Assembly (NCBI GenBank): GCA_040954595.2
Contig: CM082582.2
Span: 4,634,303 to 4,698,302 of the forward strand
Source of the DNA: Balanoglossus misakiensis
Lineage: Eukaryota > Animalia > Hemichordata
Direction of reading: 5' to 3'
DNA: 64,000 nucleotides
Under the pieces are notes generated by a model. That model searched no databases. It worked only from the letters and a program-made list of their open reading frames with translations, and was not told where the DNA came from. The position numbers and the translations under genes are program-made. Below are positions 44,198-54,079 of this stretch, piece by piece (the first letter of the stretch is position 1; each line of letters opens with the position of its first letter).

Positions 44198-44797
44198 ATG
44201 GCAGGGTTAGACCATCTATACCAATTTGCCGTCCTGCTTCCGTTTCACGACTCGATCTGTAAGTATACGGGTGAACCGAAATCGCCAAAAGACTTTCATT
44301 CCGTGTACTTCTGTACAGGTGACCAATCATCGTCTACTCATTGCGAGGTTTACGCAGTTCCACCGGGTGAAAACGTTCCCTGGAAAATGTGTGATATTCC
44401 AACCAGCACCAATCTCATAGAAAAATGCAACAGAGGCAAAAATATCATGATATCAAAATCTGCGTTTAGAAATGCCCAATGGAAACGCGGTGCGTTCCGA
44501 AAGAAGTCCCGGAAAACACCGCAAAATTTAGACTCCGCCCAAGCTATAATGGCTATCGCAAACTTGTATTATACTCGTGCGATATGTACTGCAGATATAC
44601 ACGTACAAGTTTTTATACAGGAGAAATATGACATATTCAGCGAGGGTGGATTCCGGATAGAACTATTGCATGATTTTTCGCACGATATTGACCGAGAAAT
44701 TGGTGAATGCCTGGTACAGACTCATACAAACTTATCGATCTTTGGTAAGAACAGACTACACAGTCGGTTTTGTTTAGGGGTTAGGGTTAGGTGTTAA
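44198..44797 (+). CDS. Hypothetical viral protein (199 aa)
   Basis: ATG in good context after a TATAAA. The 3' end may be spliced (GTAAGA at ~44745). Confidence 0.65.
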   Translation: MAGLDHLYQFAVLLPFHDSICKYTGEPKSPKDFHSVYFCTGDQSSSTHCEVYAVPPGENVPWKMCDIPTSTNLIEKCNRGKNIMISKSAFRNAQWKRGAFRKKSRKTPQNLDSAQAIMAIANLYYTRAICTADIHVQVFIQEKYDIFSEGGFRIELLHDFSHDIDREIGECLVQTHTNLSIFGKNRLHSRFCLGVRVRC

Positions 44798-44891
44798 GAT
44801 ATCTATTTTTAGAGTGATGAATCCAACTATATTATTACGGAACGCTACATGGATTAAACTTAAACTCTGACTTGTTGATGTTTTCTGGTTT

Positions 44892-47075
44892 ATGCACTCA
44901 ATAGGATATCCCAAGGTCCTACACTACAAAGATCCCGTCCCAGCCAAGGTTAATAAAGAGTCGGTGATGGCAGCTTTGAATACTCCGGACAACTGGAGCG
45001 TTTTAATTGAATTTAACCCCGTATTGCGAGACGTACAAGCGTATAGTTTACAAGATCTAAACGTGTGTGCCGAGTGGGGTCACAGAGGTACTTCGAACAT
45101 TCTGTTAATTTTTGCGATGGACAGAGATCGAGAAAATATGTTTGTGTTGTTATGGGCGTTACCGGCAAGTGCCATTCGCAAGATGTATATGCCAAATCCC
45201 GCCGACACAGAGGTTGTGATTTCTAATGATGTATTACAGAATGCCACGTTCGTATTTCACGTGTTGCATGCAGCGTCACCTTTACATAGACGCTGTTCAT
45301 ACGCCAGTAAGTTTCGACTGAAGAGAGATGCTATAAGTTTCAAACGAGCTATTGCCATGTACCCAACTTGCAACGAAACACATGCCCACGTGTTGGTAGA
45401 GCGGAAACAAGATCGTTGTCAGTATATGCGAAATGGTGCACGTATTTTATTCACGTACAATATTAACAGTAATTCGAACGCCATCATTTATGTTAAAGCC
45501 CCGCCCAGTTTTTTACCGCGTAAAATAGCAACGTGTGAAATTCCCAATGATATATTACGCTCTGTATCAAATGAGACAATTATTCCGCCAGGAATCTTTG
45601 CGGAGGCGCATTTTTTAGAAAATGCGTGGGACTGGAACGACGAAATACCGACGGTCCAATTAAATCCATTTCAGATTATATACGCAGTGAAGGCTTTGTT
45701 TTCGGTGGGATTAGGTCAAGACAAGGATTGGAATCATCGTTTTACTGCAAGCAACGCGATTTGTTGGCCGTCTGATGACGTCATAACCACGACAGAACAA
45801 TCATTCCTAAATAGGTGCTTTAAATTGCCCACATTTTCAACATGGACAGACGTAGAAAACGACATATTGTGTCAGGGCGACCGATCATATTCAAACCTAT
45901 ACTGTCACGCTGACAAATGCACATATTGGTTAGCTCATCAGAGAACTTTCGTGGTTGTCGAGTCCAAACCATCGATTGAGTCTTATTTGACAACCCCTAC
46001 TCGTGTTTTATACGTCGCAAACAAGTGGCATCCCGGAGCGGGGATAGCAGTATATTCGTGGAAAACTCGGGATATTCCGCGCCCACTTGCTATTATCGAT
46101 AGATCTTCAGAATCGTTTGACAATATTTGGTCAATTTTGGGTAATTTTTCACGCGAGTGTATTGCTTTGCGCAACATACCAATGAATGCCAACAGAATTC
46201 AGACAGACTTACACTTTGAGGGTCTACACGCGCAATCTGTCAAGCATTTCGTGGAAAACCCCGATTCGAAAATTTTCTTTGACGCTGGCTTGTTGTCATC
46301 GGATTCCAAGTGGTTCCCGGAAGCGTTCGCTATCTGGGAATATCCTCAGATCGAGGGACATGCGTGGGGGTTTGTCAACATGCTACAACGAGCCGTTTCT
46401 GTGTACGCCATGTATCAGAAGTATGCATGTGGTTTTACCATAGAACAACCGGTGGCAAAACTAATGCAAGAAAAGATAGAAATTGCATCATGTGATCCAA
46501 ATGCGGCATGTCTACAAAAGATAAACACTATGGTCCGTAATGAATTCGAGAGAGCAGAATTGGTCTTCTGGTCGGCGTTGGTTGAGTTCAGACAAGATGT
46601 TAAACATTACGTTACGGGATTACCGGTGGAAGTTAAATTCAGTTCAGGTGACATAGAAAAATCGAACAAACTATGTTGTTTCACTTTGGTTGGTACACAC
46701 ATACGACCCTTTTTGATTGCGCACCTGGACAAAGACGAAAGTTTGGTTGAAATGGTAGTTGATCTAAAGGTGATTAACTGTAATTATTTCAACCATGCAA
46801 TGAGTTCTAACCAATTCTACATTAACTTCGCGTACGGTATAGACAATTTCTCGTCCAGATGCCAACAAATGAACCAGTTTGAAATACTGGCTTGTTTATG
46901 GGCGATGGTAGAACAACGGGGTCACACCATGAACGAAACATTGGTTAATCTGTTGAAGCGTCACATGGTAAAATACTTTGAACAAGACCTGACGTGCCCT
47001 GCCACTACACTTTCAGGCTTGCAGGTATGGGCGAAAGAGTGGCTGGATTCTCTCATAATTGACACATCCCTGTAA
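44892..47075 (+). CDS. Hypothetical viral protein (727 aa)
   Basis: Long intact ORF convergent with terminase. Confidence 0.8.
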   Translation: MHSIGYPKVLHYKDPVPAKVNKESVMAALNTPDNWSVLIEFNPVLRDVQAYSLQDLNVCAEWGHRGTSNILLIFAMDRDRENMFVLLWALPASAIRKMYMPNPADTEVVISNDVLQNATFVFHVLHAASPLHRRCSYASKFRLKRDAISFKRAIAMYPTCNETHAHVLVERKQDRCQYMRNGARILFTYNINSNSNAIIYVKAPPSFLPRKIATCEIPNDILRSVSNETIIPPGIFAEAHFLENAWDWNDEIPTVQLNPFQIIYAVKALFSVGLGQDKDWNHRFTASNAICWPSDDVITTTEQSFLNRCFKLPTFSTWTDVENDILCQGDRSYSNLYCHADKCTYWLAHQRTFVVVESKPSIESYLTTPTRVLYVANKWHPGAGIAVYSWKTRDIPRPLAIIDRSSESFDNIWSILGNFSRECIALRNIPMNANRIQTDLHFEGLHAQSVKHFVENPDSKIFFDAGLLSSDSKWFPEAFAIWEYPQIEGHAWGFVNMLQRAVSVYAMYQKYACGFTIEQPVAKLMQEKIEIASCDPNAACLQKINTMVRNEFERAELVFWSALVEFRQDVKHYVTGLPVEVKFSSGDIEKSNKLCCFTLVGTHIRPFLIAHLDKDESLVEMVVDLKVINCNYFNHAMSSNQFYINFAYGIDNFSSRCQQMNQFEILACLWAMVEQRGHTMNETLVNLLKRHMVKYFEQDLTCPATTLSGLQVWAKEWLDSLIIDTSL

Positions 47076-47634
47076 TTGGCTACTGCCGCCAAACAAGACC
47101 ACCGTCCGAGGAGATATACGTTGGGGATTCACTCTGCGGCCGCTGAGGGCGTATGTATTCATGTCTGACAAAATTCCAATGGACTAACATAGTTATATGT
47201 CTGTTAGTACACGTCAGCTGGCATAGCCGGAAAACACGACAAGGCTAACCGCAGAAAGAGTGGCTGGATTCTCTCATAATTGACACATCCCTGTAATTGG
47301 CTACTGCCGCCAAACAAGACCACCGTCCGAGGAGATATACGTTGGGGATTCAATCTGCGGCCGCTGAGGGCGTATGTATTCATGTCTGACAAAATTCCAA
47401 TGGACTAACATAGTTATATGTCTGTTAGTACACGCCAGCTGGCATAGCCGGAAAACACGACAAGGCTAACCGCAGAAAGAGTGGCTGGATTCTCGCATAA
47501 TTGACACATCCCTGTAATTGGCTACTGCCGCCAAACAAGACCACCGTCCGAGGAGATATACGTTGGGGATTCACTCTGCGGCCGCTGAGGGCGTATGTAT
47601 TCATGTCTGACAAAATTCCAATGGACTAAACATA
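47033..47634. repeat. 221-bp tandem repeat x ~2.7 containing the 3' ends of both flanking genes
   Basis: gaaagagtggctggattc at 47033, 47254 and 47475. Includes a diverged copy of 47858-47915 (terminase C-terminus). Confidence 0.9.
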
Positions 47635-47869
47635 GACAGTTACTAAACTTTTATTAATAAATGTGTGCTTACCGAATAAAATACCTCATAACATTCAAAA
47701 TGTGTGTATGGTTATTTCGATCGAAGCAATTACAATTGATAAAAAAACAAACCACTGTGTCCTGATTAGCGCACTTTCACCTTGGGATGGTCAATGCAAG
47801 GTTTAAAAAGTCACAGCCAAATGGCGTTACAACTTGATATGTCCTTGAGCTCCTTTCGTTATATGTCTG

Positions 47870-48469
47870 TTAGTATACGTCAGCTGGTATATCCGGAAAA
47901 CACGACCAGGCTAACCACAAAATGAATGCCATGGCCAAATCATCCCGTTTATTTAAAGCCTTTCCATTAAAGGACATTTTCCCGTCCACTTTAATACTCC
48001 GTTTAAAATCGCGCAACTGCGACAGAAGAATTTCCATCATCGCATTTTGATCGTCTTGTGTCGGGGGCCTTGACATGCCTGAGGAATTCGTGAGACACTT
48101 GCCCACACTAATTAAATCATTTGCGAATGATACTAACCCGTTTGTTACAATTAACTGAGCTAGGTGAACTAGATTTGCTTTATTGCGCGTCCAAATGCCA
48201 GTTTTCATCTTTCCGTCTCTTCCGGTTTCTGTTTCGAAGTGTGTCAATATACCTCGTTGGTCGAAGTAATCCCCTACCTCCCGAGACATTGCAGCAGAAT
48301 GGGCGTGTGACGTGTTTCGTTCTATATAGATTCGAACAGGATACTCCGATAACTTTGGGTATTGCTTGAATGCATATTCCACGGACTGGATGCACAAAAT
48401 GGTATGCTTGTGTAATAGATTTTCAATGTCACGCTGCGATTCAGCTACCACGTGATCTAGAGCAACGAT
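47870..48469 (-). CDS. DNA-packaging terminase ATPase/nuclease subunit, last exon (RNase H-like nuclease)
   Basis: Acceptor ttgtctgttccgctcgtag|ATC gives IVALDH (cf. ILGLEH), then VRIYIERNT and FNGKALNKRDDLAMA (cf. FSGK...DDL). Confidence 0.9.
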   Translation of the reverse strand: MVALDHVVAESQRDIENLLHKHTILCIQSVEYAFKQYPKLSEYPVRIYIERNTSHAHSAAMSREVGDYFDQRGILTHFETETGRDGKMKTGIWTRNKANLVHLAQLIVTNGLVSFANDLISVGKCLTNSSGMSRPPTQDDQNAMMEILLSQLRDFKRSIKVDGKMSFNGKALNKRDDLAMAFILWLAWSCFPDIPADVY

Positions 48470-48567
48470 CTACGAGCGGAACAGACAAGGAGAAGTGGTT
48501 ACGAAACAATTAAGTTATTTTTGTATAAGAGTGAGCCTCATATGTCAAACAAAACATTTAGTGTAGG

Positions 48568-49230
48568 ATGTTATTACTCAAAACGTTCCATCTCCAACAG
48601 CACGATGTGGACCATTTAAAAAGCAGGCGAAACGCCTTCTTCGATTGGAAATACAGTATGGATAGACAGTTTTTCTCAGAATTTATTAATGGGATCATTA
48701 AAAGAGAAGGTCATCTGTCCAGCAGTTTACTTATACAGTTTCTTGGTCGAGAGCATGGATGTCTCTACAAGGGCGTTCACGTCCACACGATAGTTGACTT
48801 CAAGATGGAAAAAACCATCGCCTGTGAGACGTGGCGTATTTTGTCGTGTCTGGAAGATTCTGTGTCTGCCGAACAAGATGGGTGTTTGTGCGCGTTCGAA
48901 GCAGTTTTACACATGGCAATTGAAATGTTTTCTATAACGGTCAATGACCAGACAAACGCGTTATACAGGCGTGAAACCCCCAGGGAACTTCAGTGGATAA
49001 TTGATCACATTGAAAAGACGATCATACATTTGCTTTCTCTGCATCAATTGTCAACGGACGAATCACCGCTATTAACAGCGGCATTACACATAGCTGTTAT
49101 TGTAACATGTGCAATCAGACCTCCTACCGCCATTCAATTAGAGATCCCACGTGACCGCCTCGTGATACCCAAAGTAGTGTGTAATTTGTTCAACTTAAGA
49201 TCAACTGAGACACAGATTCCTTTACTCTGA
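48568..49230 (+). CDS. Protein nested antisense in the terminase intron (weakly UL79/ORF18-like)
   Basis: 220-aa ORF wholly inside intron 48470-49277. Confidence 0.7.
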   Translation: MLLLKTFHLQQHDVDHLKSRRNAFFDWKYSMDRQFFSEFINGIIKREGHLSSSLLIQFLGREHGCLYKGVHVHTIVDFKMEKTIACETWRILSCLEDSVSAEQDGCLCAFEAVLHMAIEMFSITVNDQTNALYRRETPRELQWIIDHIEKTIIHLLSLHQLSTDESPLLTAALHIAVIVTCAIRPPTAIQLEIPRDRLVIPKVVCNLFNLRSTETQIPLL

Positions 49231-49277
49231 GAAACAAGCATGGTATATATTGGAACAAATTGACGCAATCTACTTAC

Positions 49278-49835
49278 AATCCGTTCATTACCACATTTAA
49301 TTCCGGCAACTAGTCCTATGCCTGACACATTTGATGGTGTGGGATCGATTACTAGTCTGAGTCCAGATGTTAAGAGGTGCTCGCTGACGTCAACTCGTTT
49401 TTCGACCAATTTATCTAGCGTTATGTCGGCAAACAGTCTCTCGCTAGATGTATCAATAAAATCTGCCACACCGAGGCACTCGCGTTCATAGGTTCCTTTT
49501 GCCAAGATGTCCATTAATATTCTGACTGGATTTCCTTCGCTAGAATCAATGTGCCTTGGAACCAGGTGGAGTTTATGGATACATACACCATGTACACCTT
49601 TCGATACACATTCTGAACACATGTACGTTTGAACGATCGACTTGACAAGGGGTTTCCCCCCCCATGACATGTCCAACAATTTATAGGACCAGTGTTCTCT
49701 GTTTGCCATAGATGAAGTAAATAAAACCGACACTGTTTTAGGCTGAAAAATGGGCGCAGAAGTGATCAATGAATTATGTTTTACCCACGGAAACTCGTCC
49801 ACCCAACCAAAACTACAACCGGCTCCTCTGGCAGC
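49278..49835 (-). CDS. Terminase ATPase subunit, internal exon (Walker B to nuclease start)
   Basis: Acceptor tttcag|GCT gives AARGAGCSFGWVDEF (cf. IRGQDFNLLFVDEA), then LFTSS, YMCSEC...CIH and LVIDPTPSNVSGIG. Phase-0 donor ATT|GTAAGT. Confidence 0.92.
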
Positions 49836-49989
49836 CTGAAATATATAATGATGAATATATATAAATATTAGTTAACAACGTTCACTTTTATGACGCTTAA
49901 GTGGGGTTGCTATACGTTTTAAACCCAGTGTAACAATGCATCCATCACATTAATACCACGTCGCATTGACCTGTGCACAACGGTTTGAT

Positions 49990-50898
49990 ATGGAATTGGC
50001 TACGCGAACTGCTTTCCTGAGACAACACAACATAGGTGTATTTCACGTGGATATACAGCACAAGTGCACGGGCCAGTGTACAATGTTGAATCCATACGGC
50101 GTGGGGATGCATTACATATGTACGACTTCATTGAAATATCACAACTGTGACGCAGACAGCGATCGGGACTGCCTGTTGGTTTGCACCGACGAAGGTCAAA
50201 TTTGTAAACTGACCGGCCATGTCATACAAGGTAGCCAGGCGGCAAATGTTTATGTTGGCCTTGATAAACCAATGTATCCACACCCTTCCACCAGTTACGA
50301 TCACAGTCGAATATCTGTGATACACAAAGACCAGAAAATGGAACTTTTATGTCACACGCTCGCTAGCACTATCTCAAAGTTGTTTCATGCAGACAATCGA
50401 CGAAAATACAACCAGCTCACGAGGGTTCATTCTCGCTGCATCAACACAGCGTGCGCAAGGATAAAATGCGATCTATTAGAAGGACGTATGTCTTTTCCAC
50501 AAGCATTACATCACCATATAAACAGTGCCGTGTACATTTTACATCAATTATTTTTCCCATACTCGCTGTTATCTACACTGGAAGCTTACGAGAGAAAAGT
50601 TATTTCAATTGTGTTGTCACACGTGCAAGGGAATCATGGTCGTGGCGGGGACATTTCCATCCTTCTGGGAAATCCAGAAGCGACAGTATTGTACATTACG
50701 AAATGCGTGCTCGAAGGTTTTGGATGCGCAGGCTCCAATATATTTGACCCGATTTTCCGGTACATGGGACCGATGCCTTTGGATCGTCATTTGAAAGAAG
50801 TGTTTGATATAAATCCGCATAAGTTAACAAAGTGTTCCAAAATACTACAGGTAGTAATGACAAAATCATCGTGCATCCGAGCATTAAACAACATGTAG
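49990..50898 (+). CDS. Herpesvirus UL92/ORF31-like late-transcription factor
   Basis: YICTTSLKYHNCDADSDRDCLLVCTDEGQICKLTG matches the UL92 pattern YxC..H.CD....C..V.T.EG..C..TG. Confidence 0.75.
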   Translation: MELATRTAFLRQHNIGVFHVDIQHKCTGQCTMLNPYGVGMHYICTTSLKYHNCDADSDRDCLLVCTDEGQICKLTGHVIQGSQAANVYVGLDKPMYPHPSTSYDHSRISVIHKDQKMELLCHTLASTISKLFHADNRRKYNQLTRVHSRCINTACARIKCDLLEGRMSFPQALHHHINSAVYILHQLFFPYSLLSTLEAYERKVISIVLSHVQGNHGRGGDISILLGNPEATVLYITKCVLEGFGCAGSNIFDPIFRYMGPMPLDRHLKEVFDINPHKLTKCSKILQVVMTKSSCIRALNNM

Positions 50899-51400
50899 TC
50901 AATGCCATACCCTCATATAGTCGCACTGAATTTCAAGGTTGTATTTCAGAAGACGCGCTTTACTAGCAACTACGCATGCGCAACTATTATTGTCATTGTG
51001 ATTTTGCTGATCCTAGAAGTAGTCAATGCCATACCCTCATATAGTCGCACTGAATGTCAAGGTTGTATTTCAGAAGACGCGCTTTACTAGCAACTACGCA
51101 TGCGCAACTATTATTGTCATTGTGATTTTGCTGATCCTAGAAGTAGTCAATGCCATACCCTCATATAGTCGCACTGAATGTCAAGGTTGTATTTCAGAAG
51201 ACGCGCTTTACTAGCAACTACGCATGCGCAACTATTATTGAAACTGACGCCGTGATTTCGCTGAGCCTAGAATTAGTCAATGCCATACCCTCATATAGTC
51301 GCACTGAATGTCAAGGTTGTATTTCAGAAGACGCGCTTTACTATCAACTACGCATGCGCAACTATTATTGACGATGACGCCGTGATTTTGCTGAGCCTAC
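50895..51400. repeat. 124/130-bp tandem repeat x ~4 upstream of IAP gene; further single copies near 52377 and 53482
   Basis: tagtcaatgccataccctcatatagtcgcactgaat... recurs from ~50896, 51020, 51144 and 51274. Each copy carries ACGCATGCGCA. Confidence 0.9.
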
Positions 51401-51449
51401 CCTTATATAGCGATGTTACCAACTCGCAGCCCGTCATATTGCTATCGCC

Positions 51450-52346
51450 ATGGCATCGTCGGGTGGTTCTCCATACCCTAGTGAAGTTTATAAATCAACG
51501 AGTTCCCGAGAGTTAAGTATCAGAGAAAGTTTATTGTTCACTGACAGCAGCTGTGTGGCCCTGGCTGAATCAAATCTGTACGTGAACACTGCTCGGCGTG
51601 TCCGATGTATTTGCTGCAAATTCAAACCTCGATACTGTTTTTCACAAGCGCAAATAGGAGACTTGGTCTTCGAGCATTATGTGTTTAACCAATCCTGCTA
51701 CAGCCATAATGAACACCGATATCCGAGAAGTGTACATGACAAAATGGACGGGTTGGGTCGCCTGTTGGCATTGCGTGAACTAAGGTTTACATTCGTTGAA
51801 CTGATACGCCATTTGCGACAACGCAGGCCAGACGATAGGTTCGAGGACCTTGTGTTCATGGCTATATACTGCATATCAGTAAACATTGTCGGTCCTGACG
51901 TTCATGTAAAAAGCATTTCTCTTTCTGCTATGAAGAACTATGCACGTCGCCATAACTATTATGAGCCAATGCGCAGATCCTTGTCTAACTACTTACACAA
52001 GGCCTTCGTGCAAGTCGTTGGTGATTTTCCTTGGGCAAACGTCCACCAACTATGTAGGGAAGCCTTTTCAAATCAAACGTTTATATTAGAATATTCCAGA
52101 ACACGGGTTTCGTGCGACTTATGCCGTTTCAGCTTAGAACAGGTCCCATTACCACCGGATATCAAGGCCAAGTACATTTGTTGTAAAATATGTCTCGACA
52201 ACCCCATAACGTTAATTGGTCAGTGCGGTCACCCAATGTGTGAGTCGTGTTATAATAAAATGGCGTCAGTAAGTCCTGGTGGACAGTGTCCGTTTATTTT
52301 CTGTCAACAATCATTAGATTCCTTTATTGCTATAAGATTCCCGTAA
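51450..52346 (+). CDS. IAP-like protein (degenerate BIR + C3HC4 RING), copy 1
   Basis: LAESNLY...VRCICC...EH...C (BIR-like) and CKICLD...CGHPMCESC...CPFIFC (RING). Confidence 0.85.
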   Translation: MASSGGSPYPSEVYKSTSSRELSIRESLLFTDSSCVALAESNLYVNTARRVRCICCKFKPRYCFSQAQIGDLVFEHYVFNQSCYSHNEHRYPRSVHDKMDGLGRLLALRELRFTFVELIRHLRQRRPDDRFEDLVFMAIYCISVNIVGPDVHVKSISLSAMKNYARRHNYYEPMRRSLSNYLHKAFVQVVGDFPWANVHQLCREAFSNQTFILEYSRTRVSCDLCRFSLEQVPLPPDIKAKYICCKICLDNPITLIGQCGHPMCESCYNKMASVSPGGQCPFIFCQQSLDSFIAIRFP

Positions 52347-52560
52347 AGTGTTATGGGTGTTGGCGGGACCTGAGCGAGTCGCACTGAATTTCAAGGTTGT
52401 AATTCAGAAGACGCGCTTTACTAGCAAACACGCATGCGCAACCATTATTGACAATGACGCCGTGATTTTGCTGAGCCTATAAACAATCGTAGCTGATCGT
52501 CAATGCCATACCCTTATATAGCGATGTTACCAACTCGCAGCCCGTCATATTGCTATCGCC

Positions 52561-53478
52561 ATGGCATCGTCGGGTGGTTCTCCATACCCTAGTGAAGTTT
52601 ATAAATCAACGAGTTCCCGAGAGTTAAGTCTCAGAGAAAGTTTATTGTTCACTGACAGCAGCTGTGTGGCCCTGGCTGAATCAAATCTGTACGTGGACAC
52701 TGCTGGGCGTGTCCGATGTATTTGCTGCAAATTCAAACCTCGAGACTGTTTTTCACAAGCGCGAATAGGAGCCTTGGTCTTCGAGCATTATGTGTTTAAC
52801 CAATCCTGCTACAGCCATAATGAACACCGATATCCGAGAAGTGTACATGACAAAATGGAACATATTGGTTACATGTTGAAATTAGGGCGAGAGCGTGGAC
52901 TAAGGTTTAAATTCATTAAACTGTTACGCCACTGCAGACAACTCAGGCCATCCTGTCCATTCCAGGAAATTGTGATTATGGCTATATACTGCATCTCAGT
53001 GCACATTGTCGGGCCTGCCGTTCGTGTAAATCACATTTCTCTTCCTGCTATGAAGAACTATGCACGTCGCCATATAGATGTTGGCAAAATGCACGGACCC
53101 TTGGTTGACTACTTACACAAGGCCTTCGTGCAAGTCGCTGGTTATGATCCTTGGACAAACCCCCACGAACTATGTAGGGAAGCATTTAAAAATCAAAGGT
53201 TTTACTTTTGTGACGGAGGCTGTGCTCGGTGCGATGTATGCAATTTCATGTTAGAACATGTCGTACCACCAGCTGATATAGATGACAATTACATTTGTAA
53301 AATATGTTACCACAAACCCGTCACATTAGTTTCTAATTGCGGTCACCCTATTTGTGATGGTTGTTATACTAGGGTGAGGTTTTCAGACATTCCAAATCTG
53401 TGTCCGTTCTGTCGACAACCATTGCACTCCTTTATAACTATAAAATTTATGTGTTGTGTCGGTGTTTGCGGGACCTGA
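52561..53478 (+). CDS. IAP-like protein (degenerate BIR + C3HC4 RING), copy 2
   Basis: Tandem paralogue with a near-identical first ~99 aa. RING CKICYH...CGHPICDGC...CPFCR. Confidence 0.85.
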   Translation: MASSGGSPYPSEVYKSTSSRELSLRESLLFTDSSCVALAESNLYVDTAGRVRCICCKFKPRDCFSQARIGALVFEHYVFNQSCYSHNEHRYPRSVHDKMEHIGYMLKLGRERGLRFKFIKLLRHCRQLRPSCPFQEIVIMAIYCISVHIVGPAVRVNHISLPAMKNYARRHIDVGKMHGPLVDYLHKAFVQVAGYDPWTNPHELCREAFKNQRFYFCDGGCARCDVCNFMLEHVVPPADIDDNYICKICYHKPVTLVSNCGHPICDGCYTRVRFSDIPNLCPFCRQPLHSFITIKFMCCVGVCGT

Positions 53479-54079
53479 GCGAGTCGCACTGAATTTCAAG
53501 GTTGTATTCCATAATACACGATTTACTAGCAATTAAGCCTACGCAACTATTCTTTATTATGACGCTGTGATTTTGCTGAGTCTAGAAAGAACTGATGTTG
53601 ACTTTTGAGTAACTCATTTAGAACAGACCGAGTAGGGCGCATTCGAAACTCGTCTTGAAAATACAATGTGAATTCATGCAGTGCTTATGTCGGTGAATAA
53701 AATAATCGTTGGTTGTATTCACAAAGTGTGTTCGGCTGTCTTTCTTCCCTTTACCCCGATGAGTGACCACTTGAATAAATGACTGTACGAAAAAATGTAT
53801 TGAGTACGAATAGTCGTCGAATCCAGAGTTTTTCGGTACCAGTTCGTGTATATAATTTCCTGTCAAACGAAGGTATTCGAGACCCATGCAACTGGGGGCG
53901 CTACATAATCGGGGTTTTGCCTACGGTGGTCGGGCTCCGGCCAGCGCCATCACCCTGTAATGGTCATTCCGCTCGCTTGCGTTCTGACTGTAAAGTAATG
54001 ACCAGCTTTCAACTCCTACAGTTAGTCTGAATTCATTTACTGTATACATTGCTCTTATTTATGTGTGTGGCAATAAATT

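Noticed and set aside
44774-44791. Telomeric TTAGGG repeats as an integration signal
   Set aside because: Only ~3 imperfect copies at an internal position, far shorter than herpesviral TMR arrays.
49134-49277. C-terminal extension of the 222-aa terminase ORF in the track
   Set aside because: It lies beyond a perfect GTAAGT donor and overlaps the nested gene, so it is intronic.
50902-51516. Repeated 62-78 aa MPYPHIVAL ORFs
   Set aside because: They arise from the 124-bp repeat, with no evidence of coding constraint.
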